Under the pieces are notes generated by a model that was not told where the DNA came from, did not search any database, and saw only the letters and a list, made by a program, of their open reading frames with translations. Both the position numbers and the translations under genes were made by a program. 64,000 bases of DNA from a virus, in IMG/VR virus record IMGVR_UViG_3300025536_000011; one strand, 5' to 3'. This document shows positions 1 through 9,555 of the stretch, piece after piece (position 1 is the stretch's first letter; the number at the start of each line of letters is the position of its first letter).

Positions 1-319
1 TTTGTTAAGCCTTTTCTTATTAACATAATACATTTCCGGGTTGAGCACGTTATCTAGCGTATCCTCTATAATTAGGAACTTATATTTAAATGCCTGTAAG
101 CGTTCTGCTTCTCGATACATACGCTCTTTTTCATCAGTCGTGGAGAAATTGTTATATATTTCGTCGATACTAGCTTTCCGCTCTATGATAATTAAATTAT
201 TAGGATCTTTTAAGGAATAATCACCAGCATCAAGTTTTTCGGTTATTACTGAATCAAAATCTTCGTCGCCATAAAAATCCCAGGCTTGTTTTTCTCTGGA
301 ATCAGTTATGAGAGAAGCT

Positions 320-559
320 TTAGTCTTTTTCTTCATTTTTATTAAACCTAAAAACGCTCTTGAGAGCTTTTGGCGTCTCAGGTTCTTCCTTAGTTAAAAG
401 GGTGAGCGTACCAGCTTTAACAGCCTCGACTGGATCAAAATTAACTTGAGTGCCATCGCTAAAAACATAAGTATGATATTTACCAGCACCCCATCTGTTA
501 ACAACCGATAATTCTTTTCCATGAAAAAGTACTTTGTCGCCTACATTTAAATTAGACAT
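320..559 (-). CDS. hypothetical protein
   Basis: ORF; start refined to ATG 559 with AAGGA upstream. Confidence 0.65.
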   Translation of the reverse strand: MSNLNVGDKVLFHGKELSVVNRWGAGKYHTYVFSDGTQVNFDPVEAVKAGTLTLLTKEEPETPKALKSVFRFNKNEEKD

Positions 560-560
560 T

Positions 561-1442
561 TTAATTCCTTTCGTAGAATAAGCGGAGTCCTCCGCCAATG
601 TGATGATAGACTGGAACTCCGATATAACCTGTTAATGCATCTGTTGCTCTGACACGCTCTTGAAAATCTTGCTCGCCATGTCGGGGGTCGCTACCAAAAA
701 TTGGCTCGCGAAACATACCGACTTCATTAAGTAAACTACGACGCACTAGGTTTGGGTTGTTATTAAAGCCGTTTGGACACTCATAGAAATAATAAAGGTG
801 TCCACCAAGAGTAGCTGCTCGCCATACTTTGGCGTCGGGACATGACATAGGCTCATACTCTTTTTTATTTTTGCCCCAATTCTCATATGGATCATAAGGA
901 TCTCTAAGTCTGACAAGTCCTATGTCTTGTTGCTCATTTAATATATCTTTGGCGTGTTGCAAGAAATTAAAATCGGGTATTTGATTTCTGAAATCGTTTT
1001 CGTGGAACATCACGAATTCCCCACGGCTCACAGCTAACATCTGATTGAATCCATGGCAAATCCCGAAGTTTCTACTTTTAATAAGTGTCTTACGCTCGCA
1101 CTTAAACTCATCGAATAATTGCCAATTCTCCTGGCAATCTCCATTTTCCATAAATACCCACTCTAGTTCACCGCCATATAAAGCGGCAGCCTTAGCGGTC
1201 GCTTCTAAACAAAGCTTTGTTATTTTGGACTTACCGCAGGCTAGGAATATGATAGATATTAATTGGGGCTCTTTGAATGGGTCAAATGGCTTAAATTCAT
1301 GCCGCTCATAATTCCATTTATCACCATATGGCGATCTAATGCTCGTGGTCATATAAATTTGTATACTCCATAACCTCATAATCTTTGTGTTCATAAAAGC
1401 CTGATTGACCATCCCAATAAAATGAAATTGATCCAGAGGCAC
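561..1442 (-). CDS. glycosyltransferase family 2-like protein
   Basis: NFGICHGFNQ...SRGEFVMFHENDF, GT-A fold pattern; start uncertain. Confidence 0.75.
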   Translation of the reverse strand: MPLDQFHFIGMVNQAFMNTKIMRLWSIQIYMTTSIRSPYGDKWNYERHEFKPFDPFKEPQLISIIFLACGKSKITKLCLEATAKAAALYGGELEWVFMENGDCQENWQLFDEFKCERKTLIKSRNFGICHGFNQMLAVSRGEFVMFHENDFRNQIPDFNFLQHAKDILNEQQDIGLVRLRDPYDPYENWGKNKKEYEPMSCPDAKVWRAATLGGHLYYFYECPNGFNNNPNLVRRSLLNEVGMFREPIFGSDPRHGEQDFQERVRATDALTGYIGVPVYHHIGGGLRLFYERN

Positions 1443-1555
1443 ATATAGTATATATTGCCGGTTCTTGTATTAAATGTCTGTCAGTGTGCCATACAGAAAG
1501 ATGTTTAACATGAACAATATCTCCTGTCGATAATAGCTTAATCTTACGAATTTTT

Positions 1556-2503
1556 CTAAACTCGCACATAAGCCTGGATTATCCTTTCCCATTCATCTAC
1601 TCTAGCTTTAATTGAATGATTGGCCATTACTTTATTGTACCCATTTAAAGCTATTTGCCTACGCTCATCGTCGTGTTCGATATAATATCTTGCCTTTTCT
1701 ATACACTCGTCTATTGACGAATAGTAAATAATATCTTTGCCATCTTCGAATAAATCTTCAATATGTGTATCTGGAGATAATTTATCTGTCAAAACCATTT
1801 TGCCACAGGCCATGCCTTCAAATATTCGTCTGGTCAACTCCCCGAATTGCGAACATTGTAGCACTATTTTGCCCCTAGACAAAAACTTAGGATGGTCATC
1901 GCCATAAAAAAATCTTTCGTTTTTATATTGGTTGCCTAACGCCTCTTGTAATCTTTCTGTCAATCCTTTTAAGTGACCATACCCTCTTGGTCCACATGTA
2001 GTTATTAGACCAAACTCTTCTTTGATATCTGGGTATGGCTTAAAGATATTCTCGTCGGCGTGATGTGTCCACCAGTACCCCTTAAGTCCCAATCTATTGT
2101 AGTGTTCTGCACAACTATAGTCTGGTGATAGAATAATGTCAAAATTATTTGCCTTTTGTAAATGTAAACGATGTGCTTGCGGTTCGTCGCCCGCCTCTAA
2201 TATCCATAAAGCCTTCCTATAATTATTTTTACTTAAGTATGGACATGCAAAAGGACCATAATCAAGTAAAAATACTATATCTGGTTCATATCCATTGCGT
2301 ATATCTTGAAAGAATAGATTCACTCCTTCGTTAGAATAATGGCGTGTTTTTTTACGTTCATCATATAAGCCATTATTATGGTACAAGTTATATTGGTTGA
2401 TAACATAGCCGCGTCTTTTTAGCTCATCCCTAATTGCGTGCGGAGTGCCCCATCTTTCGCCATATGCTTCCCAGGAAGCAAAAAACATGGTGATATTTTT
2501 CAT
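1556..2503 (-). CDS. glycosyltransferase, CgeB/Glyco_trans_1_2-like (GT-B)
   Basis: C-terminal RIFEGMACGKMVLTD...LFEDGKDIIYY...IALNGYNKVMANHS. Confidence 0.8.
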   Translation of the reverse strand: MKNITMFFASWEAYGERWGTPHAIRDELKRRGYVINQYNLYHNNGLYDERKKTRHYSNEGVNLFFQDIRNGYEPDIVFLLDYGPFACPYLSKNNYRKALWILEAGDEPQAHRLHLQKANNFDIILSPDYSCAEHYNRLGLKGYWWTHHADENIFKPYPDIKEEFGLITTCGPRGYGHLKGLTERLQEALGNQYKNERFFYGDDHPKFLSRGKIVLQCSQFGELTRRIFEGMACGKMVLTDKLSPDTHIEDLFEDGKDIIYYSSIDECIEKARYYIEHDDERRQIALNGYNKVMANHSIKARVDEWERIIQAYVRV

Positions 2504-3120
2504 TAAAGGGTTTCCTTGATATAAGTGGTTAATTTATTAAGCCATATAATTCTATTCTTAGTAGGTATAAACTTATTACATGACCAACATAATATGCCAA
2601 AATTTGACTGCAACCAAATACTTCTATTGATCGCGTCACATGGCTTTTTATGATAAAATAAAGATGGCGTCTGTTGTATTAATTCTTTACCGTCACATCT
2701 ATGATCAAATACCACAGTATCAAAAATATCCTTGCTACGAAACGTTAAACTTTTGTCGCAAATACTGCACCTTGGGCTATTGCCGTATACACTTTTAAAG
2801 AAAACTATCCATTCATTAAGAATATCATCAATATGATTTTTACGATATAATTTATGGCAATTTTTACACCAACTCATATATATTAGCAAATTGTGTCTTT
2901 TGTGGAATTCATTAATTGGTTTTATTAGATTGCACTTCTGACAAATTTTTTGTTTCCACGATAATTCATTTTTTGGTAAATTAATATTATTTTTATTTTT
3001 TAAACAACATTTACATCTTCCCATATATCCATCTTTACAGTTATTACTTTTATAGAAATGGTCTATATTTTTTATTTCTCCACATTTACTACATTGTTTA
3101 AGTCGCTGTAATATTTCCAT
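2503..3120 (-). CDS. HNH / endonuclease VII-like Zn-finger nuclease (probable homing endonuclease)
   Basis: repeated CxxC...CKxC units, CSIC..VFDHRC..GILCWSCN. Confidence 0.65.
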   Translation of the reverse strand: MEILQRLKQCSKCGEIKNIDHFYKSNNCKDGYMGRCKCCLKNKNNINLPKNELSWKQKICQKCNLIKPINEFHKRHNLLIYMSWCKNCHKLYRKNHIDDILNEWIVFFKSVYGNSPRCSICDKSLTFRSKDIFDTVVFDHRCDGKELIQQTPSLFYHKKPCDAINRSIWLQSNFGILCWSCNKFIPTKNRIIWLNKLTTYIKETL

Positions 3121-3917
3121 TACGTTCCTTTCTCCAGTCCAAACACCCCTAGCACATATCCATTGTCCATTAATTTTTGTAACTCTTCATCAGATAGGCG
3201 ACTCAGCCTAATAATCTCTTCTGTGGCAGTAGTCTGGGCACTCTTGCTTGATAATTCGACCGCTAAATCAACAAGCGTCCTCTTTTCGTTCTTAATCTTA
3301 TCAAGACGTTGAGAACGAGACATTTTTAAGTCCGTGACTAGTTTACGATAAGTTTCCAAATGCTGCTGATATTGTTTAGCAAATTTATCATCTGCGAACG
3401 CTCGAAATCTAACATCGCCCTGTTTCCATTTACCAGCCTGTGTTTCTGCATAACACTTCTCTTCGATGGCCTTTAGATCTAAAGCTCTAAAGGCCAGGAC
3501 GTATTCTACGCACGCACTAAACAAAGATTGTTCTTCGGGCTCTGAAATAGAGTCTGTAGCTTTTAGGATCTTCAAATATTCATCTAAGAAGAATTCTTTT
3601 TCAGCCTCAGTAAACGAGTTAAATACCAGAGTCGCTCTAGGAGTTTTCATTACGCTATTTTTTAAATGTTCAAACCTCTGATCACGGGTCATTTGATCAA
3701 GCGTTAAATTGAGATCTTTGGCCTCTGGTGAGGCTATAACAGCGTGCTTATTAGCCTCTTTTAAAATCTTGCCAATCTTCTTGCGAGAATATTCGTTTTT
3801 TGGCCAATTGATTTTTTCGGCTATTTGCATAGAAGATAGCCCCTGGTCATTATATGCAAGCACTTGTGCCTTTAGATCTTCCGAGATATTAGCCATCTTC
3901 CATAATCCTTTTAACAA
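3120..3917 (-). CDS. hypothetical protein with N-terminal HTH (possibly terminase small subunit-like)
   Basis: GLSSMQIAEKI HTH-like segment, helical body; function not established. Confidence 0.5.
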   Translation of the reverse strand: MLKGLWKMANISEDLKAQVLAYNDQGLSSMQIAEKINWPKNEYSRKKIGKILKEANKHAVIASPEAKDLNLTLDQMTRDQRFEHLKNSVMKTPRATLVFNSFTEAEKEFFLDEYLKILKATDSISEPEEQSLFSACVEYVLAFRALDLKAIEEKCYAETQAGKWKQGDVRFRAFADDKFAKQYQQHLETYRKLVTDLKMSRSQRLDKIKNEKRTLVDLAVELSSKSAQTTATEEIIRLSRLSDEELQKLMDNGYVLGVFGLEKGT

Positions 3918-4518
3918 CAGAACGAATGAGTCTTTTGTTCTTATCGCTTACTTCGTTTGCAAAGCCAGATATCATAAGTTGATAATCTGATAATAGATCG
4001 CCTGATAACTTCTGTTTAATGCTTTCGTTTAAAAGTATATAATCCACGTTGGCGTCCCCCTCACAATCAACCATGTCTGTCTCAATAAATGACGGGTGCT
4101 TAATTGCGGCCTTAGTCGCCATATTCTTACGATATTTTAATATAGCATCGCATCCGTCCTCGTTGATCTTACAAGATTTTTGTATCTTGTCCCAAAACTC
4201 GCATCTTACACAAGGGGGATTATTTGGTAGGAACGTGCCACGTTGCATATTATAGAGGCGATTTTTAATACAGGTTTGTAAGTATTTGTAAGGAGATGGA
4301 CCTATCCTATTTGGATCATACTTGTCAATCGCCTTTATACATTCCATTCGGATTTCTTGAGCAAGGTCTTCGGTGTCTATCCCTTGATGGGGATATCTAT
4401 TCACTTCAGTATAAACTAATGCCTCTATAAGACCACTTACCTGTGCGTAATTAAGATGCTGATTCATCGTCCTCGTCTTTATCTTCGGTCTTCTTCGGTA
4501 CAACAATATTTTTTGCAA
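3889..4518 (-). CDS. phage RNA polymerase sigma factor (sigma70 region 2-like)
   Basis: EDLAQEIRMECIKAIDKYDP..YKYLQTCIKNRLYN; true start probably later (MNQHL). Confidence 0.7.
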   Translation of the reverse strand: MQKILLYRRRPKIKTRTMNQHLNYAQVSGLIEALVYTEVNRYPHQGIDTEDLAQEIRMECIKAIDKYDPNRIGPSPYKYLQTCIKNRLYNMQRGTFLPNNPPCVRCEFWDKIQKSCKINEDGCDAILKYRKNMATKAAIKHPSFIETDMVDCEGDANVDYILLNESIKQKLSGDLLSDYQLMISGFANEVSDKNKRLIRSVVKRIMEDG

Positions 4519-4717
4519 TTGCAGCTTTTTGTGCCTTTGGGTCCGGCACTACTTCTTCCTTATACTTCGGGACATTGGGACTAGCCTTAGCAAAGGCTGG
4601 TGTTGCCGCTTCTACTTTTGGAGCAGCGTGTCTCTCGTCAGTACTGGACCTAGTGGAATTAACAACATTACCGCCAGTATTTACTGTGAAAAAATCAACT
4701 TTATTATTTTTAGACAT
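4451..4717 (-). CDS. hypothetical protein
   Basis: ATG 4717 with GGAGG upstream. Confidence 0.55.
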   Translation of the reverse strand: MSKNNKVDFFTVNTGGNVVNSTRSSTDERHAAPKVEAATPAFAKASPNVPKYKEEVVPDPKAQKAAIAKNIVVPKKTEDKDEDDESAS

Positions 4718-4718
4718 A

Positions 4719-4952
4719 TTATCCTCCGTTAAAATTTGTGACCGACATACCAACAATCTTATTAAGCTCGGATTGAATATCCTCGCCTTGTTTGAAAAAC
4801 AAATAAAAACCATTGACTCCAGCAATGATAGCCGGTAATTGTTCTTTACTATTACTTTTTAATGTGTTTGGTCCAATACCAACTAATTTAAGGTAATAGC
4901 CAACTTCGCCGTCTTCAATTACTAAGTCTTGGTCATCTCTAAGGATTCGCAT
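4719..4952 (-). CDS. hypothetical protein
   Basis: ATG 4952 with GGAGG upstream. Confidence 0.6.
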   Translation of the reverse strand: MRILRDDQDLVIEDGEVGYYLKLVGIGPNTLKSNSKEQLPAIIAGVNGFYLFFKQGEDIQSELNKIVGMSVTNFNGG

Positions 4953-5022
4953 GTTTGACCTCCATAATAAGTATAGGTTAAATACACTAATTAGAGTATT
5001 AAATATGTAGGAGGGCTCATTC

Positions 5023-5325
5023 ATGCTATATAACACCTTGGTGCTTATGCACTTATTATGTGCTCCGATGCAACTGACACAGGTGGAACAAATCAAAGAA
5101 GAAATTGTTCTTGAACTTGTTAAATCACATCTTGACACAGACCAAAACGGAATTGTTAGTCTAAACGAGGCTTTAAAACTCCTACAAGAGAAAAAAACCC
5201 TTATGGATTATTTTGATATAGACTTAATGCTCACTATCATAGCAATGTACCTTGGTATAGATATTACGAAGAAGGGGGCAATTAAAGGCTTAGCAAAGTT
5301 GACTAAGAAAGGTAAAGATGAATAA
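5023..5325 (+). CDS. EF-hand motif protein with hydrophobic N-terminus
   Basis: DTDQNGIVSLNE fits the 12-residue EF-hand loop; GGAGG upstream. Confidence 0.6.
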   Translation: MLYNTLVLMHLLCAPMQLTQVEQIKEEIVLELVKSHLDTDQNGIVSLNEALKLLQEKKTLMDYFDIDLMLTIIAMYLGIDITKKGAIKGLAKLTKKGKDE

Positions 5326-5878
5326 ATTATTACTGCTCATAGCGTTGTTCCTAGTAGGGTGCGGCACCACAACCCCAAGTGAACCAAAAATTTATATTCA
5401 ATTCTCTTTATCAGAATCTAATTTTCAAAATACCCCTAACATTAGGGATGCCGTGACTCACGCTATCAAAGCATGGGAAAATACCGGGCTAATAAAAGCA
5501 AATTTATATACTCAGGGATATTTAATTAACACGATTCCTATCTATGTTATAGATTTACAAAATTTTCCATTATTCGCCGAGGACGGTGTTATTGGTTTAT
5601 TCTATAATGGTATTATTTGGTTGGATGATTCAATCGAGACAAACTGGCCTACCCCTATCGGAGGTTATGCTCTAGCAGTGTCGATACATGAAATAGGACA
5701 TGCTCTCGGGCTCCCCCATATTATTGGAGAAGACACTTGTATTAAGATGCCAGGCGATATAATATTACCCACGGATCTAGAAGCACAGCATTCTGTTATG
5801 TATCCAAGATTGCCATTCTTGGCAGAAAAGATTGGTCCGCACGAGATAGAACTTCTCAGGAATAAGCTTGGTTTATAA
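5318..5878 (+). CDS. lipoprotein Zn metalloprotease, metzincin/matrixin (M10)-like
   Basis: lipobox FLVGC; HEIGHALGLPH; Met-turn SVMYP. Confidence 0.85.
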   Translation: MNKLLLLIALFLVGCGTTTPSEPKIYIQFSLSESNFQNTPNIRDAVTHAIKAWENTGLIKANLYTQGYLINTIPIYVIDLQNFPLFAEDGVIGLFYNGIIWLDDSIETNWPTPIGGYALAVSIHEIGHALGLPHIIGEDTCIKMPGDIILPTDLEAQHSVMYPRLPFLAEKIGPHEIELLRNKLGL

Positions 5879-6179
5879 TATACATAAGTATCCACTTTTT
5901 GATGTTGTCGCCGAATACTTCGGCTCCGATAGGACGGATTGTTGGAGCAGCGGGCCAATTAGCTGGCCGCTATTAAATGTTTTGCTTTGTAGAGCATTAA
6001 AAACTGAGAGTGTGTCCGTAATGCTTAATTGCTTGCCCCCGCTAGGCGGTAAAATTTTTCCCTTGACAGGATCGAGCTATGGTGATATAATCGTCTATGA
6101 CGAACAAACGCCATTGCCCACCGGGCACTATTTATCGGTCCTAATAAATGAAAACACATATAAAAGCAATAACGGGTAG
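5868..6179 (+). CDS. hypothetical protein
   Basis: ORF coupled to neighbours. Confidence 0.5.
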   Translation: MVYNIHKYPLFDVVAEYFGSDRTDCWSSGPISWPLLNVLLCRALKTESVSVMLNCLPPLGGKIFPLTGSSYGDIIVYDEQTPLPTGHYLSVLINENTYKSNNG

Positions 6180-6786
6180 TAGAGCTTACGGACTCGCAAC
6201 AGCCGAGTCCGATAATGATTGGGCGGAAGTATTTTCGCCATCGCCAGACCAGTTTTATGGATTCCCTTCTTATGAAGAACGTAGACAAGAAATTTCGCCT
6301 GACGGCACATCAGATGTAAATTATTGGTCAGCAAGATCTTTAGTTATAGCATTATACGCTGGCAACCACTTAGCTCATGAATTGTTATATACAGAAAAGT
6401 ATGAAGCTGACCTGATAGGTAGAAAGATTATAGATTTTGCTCGCAACCAATTATATTCAGCGGCTCTAGGCAAGAGATTACTTGCCTTTAGTAAGGCAAT
6501 GCTAAATAACTTTCAAAGAACAAAAGATTTTAAACAATTGTCTCACGCATATAGAGCCTCGTGTTATTTAGAGGAATTATTATTAGAAGGCCGCTTTCAT
6601 ACCTTTTTATCAACGGAGAATGAAAAAATATGTCGGTCTATTTTACATGAAAAAGATATTCATTATATTTTAGGTACTAGAAATAAACTTGATTTCCTTG
6701 CCCAAGGACTAGAAGGATTAAAGCTGCCAGATTTTAATCTGTATAATGATTTTTGCATTAAAATTCACAAAGAAATATATTCATGA
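6148..6786 (+). CDS. Pol-beta superfamily nucleotidyltransferase
   Basis: GSRAYGLATAESDND motif. Confidence 0.8.
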   Translation: MKTHIKAITGSRAYGLATAESDNDWAEVFSPSPDQFYGFPSYEERRQEISPDGTSDVNYWSARSLVIALYAGNHLAHELLYTEKYEADLIGRKIIDFARNQLYSAALGKRLLAFSKAMLNNFQRTKDFKQLSHAYRASCYLEELLLEGRFHTFLSTENEKICRSILHEKDIHYILGTRNKLDFLAQGLEGLKLPDFNLYNDFCIKIHKEIYS

Positions 6787-7229
6787 AAGAAATAACTGGA
6801 GATATCTGGAACCAGGCTGAGCCTGGTTGGAAAGTCATCACTACGAACCAGGAAGTTCGTAAGGATGGTAAGGCAGTTATGGGCAAAGGTATAGCTGCCG
6901 AGGCTGTGCGTAGGCATCCAGAAATCCAAGGGCTCTTGGGAGCCCTCTTAAAAAAGTATGGTTTTGATAACCCCCAGGTAATGGTATGGCCCGTACAGGG
7001 CCTAATTACTTTTCCAACTAAATATTTTTGGGCAGATGGTTCTGATATAAACCTAATAGTAGCTATGGCTACTCAGCTAAAGCTGAACAATCATTTGGGC
7101 GATAAGCCAGTCTATTTGCCGCGGCTTGGTTGCGGCAATGGTGGATTAGATTGGTTGCGGGATGTTTATCCTGCAATTAAAGACATCCTGGCAGATGACA
7201 GGTTTATTGTGGTGCATCCAAATGAATGA
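6783..7229 (+). CDS. macrodomain (ADP-ribose processing) protein
   Basis: ITGDIW..VMGKGIA..FPTK..PRLGCGNGGLDW. Confidence 0.85.
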   Translation: MKEITGDIWNQAEPGWKVITTNQEVRKDGKAVMGKGIAAEAVRRHPEIQGLLGALLKKYGFDNPQVMVWPVQGLITFPTKYFWADGSDINLIVAMATQLKLNNHLGDKPVYLPRLGCGNGGLDWLRDVYPAIKDILADDRFIVVHPNE

Positions 7230-7461
7230 TTCTCGTTTATGGGATATTCTTAGAAATATTCCAAGACCCGAAGCTGTAATAGCCGGAGAAGAGGGTGTTA
7301 TTTATATTCAGTATAAGAATATTGAAATCACTCTTATTAATGGAAGAGACATAATGACTATTTTTAGTTTTGCTCAAAAAATGCATTTAGAACTACAAAC
7401 CCAGTTTGTAGACGAACTGATCAAGAAAATTAACGATCTGGTAGTAGCTCAGCTTGGTTAG
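7222..7461 (+). CDS. hypothetical protein; 3' end overlaps tRNA-Pro
   Basis: ATG 7222 coupled to upstream stop. Confidence 0.5.
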   Translation: MNDSRLWDILRNIPRPEAVIAGEEGVIYIQYKNIEITLINGRDIMTIFSFAQKMHLELQTQFVDELIKKINDLVVAQLG

Positions 7462-7515
7462 AGTACCTGGCCTGGAACCAGGGGGCCGCACGTTCGAATC
7501 GTGCCTACCAGACCA
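7438..7515 (+). tRNA. tRNA-Pro(UGG) with atypical anticodon loop CCUGGAA
   Basis: acceptor CTGGTAG/CTACCAG, anticodon stem CCTGG/CCAGG, T arm GCACG-TTCGAAT-CGTGC, encoded CCA. Confidence 0.9.
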
Positions 7516-7538
7516 CTTTTTTGCGAACGGAGAGAGCT

Positions 7539-7790
7539 ATGCTTTATTTAGAAACAGATGACGGTGCGTATATGGTGAGAGCAGAACAGATCCAAAAGGC
7601 TCAAGTAAATAGACAGGAAAACAAAATTACTGTTAGTATAATGAGTGCTAATGGTCAACTTTTTGATCAGTTAGCAGTAAAGTTTACAGAAGCAAATGTT
7701 GCGGCTCTTAGAGCCGCAAATGAGCCACGGCCATTGTCAGTTGGCGGCATGACATGGAACAATCCAGTAGGACAAGAATTCATTGATTAA
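7539..7790 (+). CDS. hypothetical protein
   Basis: ATG 7539 with GGAG upstream. Confidence 0.6.
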   Translation: MLYLETDDGAYMVRAEQIQKAQVNRQENKITVSIMSANGQLFDQLAVKFTEANVAALRAANEPRPLSVGGMTWNNPVGQEFID

Positions 7791-8199
7791 AGGATTTTTT
7801 GGCGAATATCGTTGGCTCTCAAACTTCTGGTATTCGTCCGTCGAATACGACGGGCTCATATATCCAACGGTAGAACATGCTTATCAAGCAGCTAAAACTT
7901 ATTCTATTGCTGATCGAGAAATAATTAAACAAGCGAATGCTCCAAGCGATGCAAAGCGATTAGGCAAGAGAGTTAAAATTCGTGATGATTGGCATCTCGT
8001 TAAAATTGACGTGATGAAGGATTTACTTCGTAAAAAATTTACATTACCCGCTTTGCGGGAAAAATTGCTAGCTACGGGCGATAGCCCGTTAGAAGAGGCT
8101 AATACCTGGGGAGATACATTCTGGGGAACTTGTGAAGGTCTTGGCCAAAATAAACTTGGAGAACTTTTAATGGAAGTGCGGAATGAACTACATAATTGA
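7783..8199 (+). CDS. NADAR (YbiA-like) family protein
   Basis: WLSNFW..YPTVEHAYQAAK..AKRLGK..LLATGD..WGDTFWG..N.LG.LLMEVR. Confidence 0.92.
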   Translation: MIKGFFGEYRWLSNFWYSSVEYDGLIYPTVEHAYQAAKTYSIADREIIKQANAPSDAKRLGKRVKIRDDWHLVKIDVMKDLLRKKFTLPALREKLLATGDSPLEEANTWGDTFWGTCEGLGQNKLGELLMEVRNELHN

Positions 8200-8530
8200 A
8201 GATTTTCAAGATCTGGCGGAGCTAAAAGATGGTTGGTTTGATGGAGATGGAAAAGCCTATGATCACGCCCTCTTAGAGCGTGGGGGAAGGCTACTTGCAG
8301 CAGCAGCCGCAATATTTAATTGTCCAAAACTTTATATTTATCCTATGCCAGATAGAGTAAATTGCGTCAGCGTTGAATTTGATTATCCAGAGAATAATGG
8401 TGTTGTGCTTACGTTTAATTTACAAACTCTAATACTTGATGGTTTTATAGTAAATACGAAGCACCGTAATGTGCTGAGTATGAGATTCGACTTGACAGAT
8501 ATCGCCGAAGGCGATATAATAGTGTCATGA
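8183..8530 (+). CDS. hypothetical protein
   Basis: ORF in coupled run; L..LKDGWFDGDGKA pattern. Confidence 0.6.
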   Translation: MNYIIEDFQDLAELKDGWFDGDGKAYDHALLERGGRLLAAAAAIFNCPKLYIYPMPDRVNCVSVEFDYPENNGVVLTFNLQTLILDGFIVNTKHRNVLSMRFDLTDIAEGDIIVS

Positions 8531-8751
8531 CTCTAGATGACTGGTCCATGCGAGATAACTTCCCTCGTTTTTTGCGTCGATTCATTTATGCTTATAATCA
8601 GCATAACTGGAAGTTTATAACGAGAGTCAGCTTTGCCTGGTATTATGCAAAAATGAGCAGAGAAGAAGTTGCTGCCATTAAAGCAGCATATGCAGCTAAT
8701 GCTAAACTTTTTGAAAACTTGTGCCCGGAGAGCAACAATGCTAAAACTTGA
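8527..8751 (+). CDS. hypothetical protein
   Basis: ATGA overlap with upstream gene. Confidence 0.55.
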   Translation: MTLDDWSMRDNFPRFLRRFIYAYNQHNWKFITRVSFAWYYAKMSREEVAAIKAAYAANAKLFENLCPESNNAKT

Positions 8752-8920
8752 GACGCCTTACGGCGTCGATATTATAATTAACCCCAAAGATATAACAGAG
8801 GTTATAATAAATCATAATTTGAAATCAATCACCATTTTTAGTGAAAAATGGCCTCAGTGTGAAATCAAATATGATGCGGAGCATATTAAAAAATTGGAGG
8901 CGTTAGAAAAGAATGGCTGA
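8738..8920 (+). CDS. hypothetical protein
   Basis: ATG 8738 with GGAG upstream. Confidence 0.5.
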   Translation: MLKLETPYGVDIIINPKDITEVIINHNLKSITIFSEKWPQCEIKYDAEHIKKLEALEKNG

Positions 8921-9554
8921 TAAACCTGTAGTTTGGTACAATCAAGCGGGAGATATGCTAGAAGTGCTTTTTAAAAAGCATCCTAATGCATATTATGGTG
9001 ATTGGATAGATGGTGGCCTGACCCTTTTAAGGGATCAGGACACCAAAGAGATAGTTGGCTATAACATAACCGGCGTAATTAATAAGTGGCCAAAGGCCAT
9101 CTTAGCTACTGTCGAAGAAATGGAAAAAAGTCCGACGCCGGACTTAGAACATGTTAAGATGCTACGCATCCTAGCCGAGGCTGGCTTGAAAGATATCCTT
9201 CTGCCGGAAGAAAGGCCATGGGGCAATTATCGAGTAATTGAAAGTAGCGATAGCTACAAGATTAAACTCATTATTATGAAGCCTAATGCTCGTATGTCTT
9301 TACAACGACACGCGAAGCGTTCTGAGCTATGGAAAATTATCGAAGGAAGCGGCTATGTTTATCTCGGTGAATGCCTTGAAAATATACAGCAATATGACTT
9401 CGTTAAACAAGCGGAAATACCAGTTGGTTATTGGCACCGCGTTAAGTCAGGCCCGGAGGGACTGACTTTTATTGAAGTGCAAACGGGCACTTACTTTGGC
9501 GAAGACGATATCGAGCGAGCCGACGATGATTATGGAAGGATAAGCGAGAAATAA
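8913..9554 (+). CDS. two-domain protein with C-terminal cupin (mannose-6-phosphate isomerase type II-like)
   Basis: RPWGNY..KLIIMKPNARMSLQRH..RSELW..IEVQTGTYFGEDDIER.DDDYGR. Confidence 0.8.
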   Translation: MADKPVVWYNQAGDMLEVLFKKHPNAYYGDWIDGGLTLLRDQDTKEIVGYNITGVINKWPKAILATVEEMEKSPTPDLEHVKMLRILAEAGLKDILLPEERPWGNYRVIESSDSYKIKLIIMKPNARMSLQRHAKRSELWKIIEGSGYVYLGECLENIQQYDFVKQAEIPVGYWHRVKSGPEGLTFIEVQTGTYFGEDDIERADDDYGRISEK

Positions 9555-9555
9555 T

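Noticed and set aside
3120-3917. Firm terminase small subunit call
   Set aside because: Only an HTH-like start and helical body are visible, and no large subunit lies in the window to support it.
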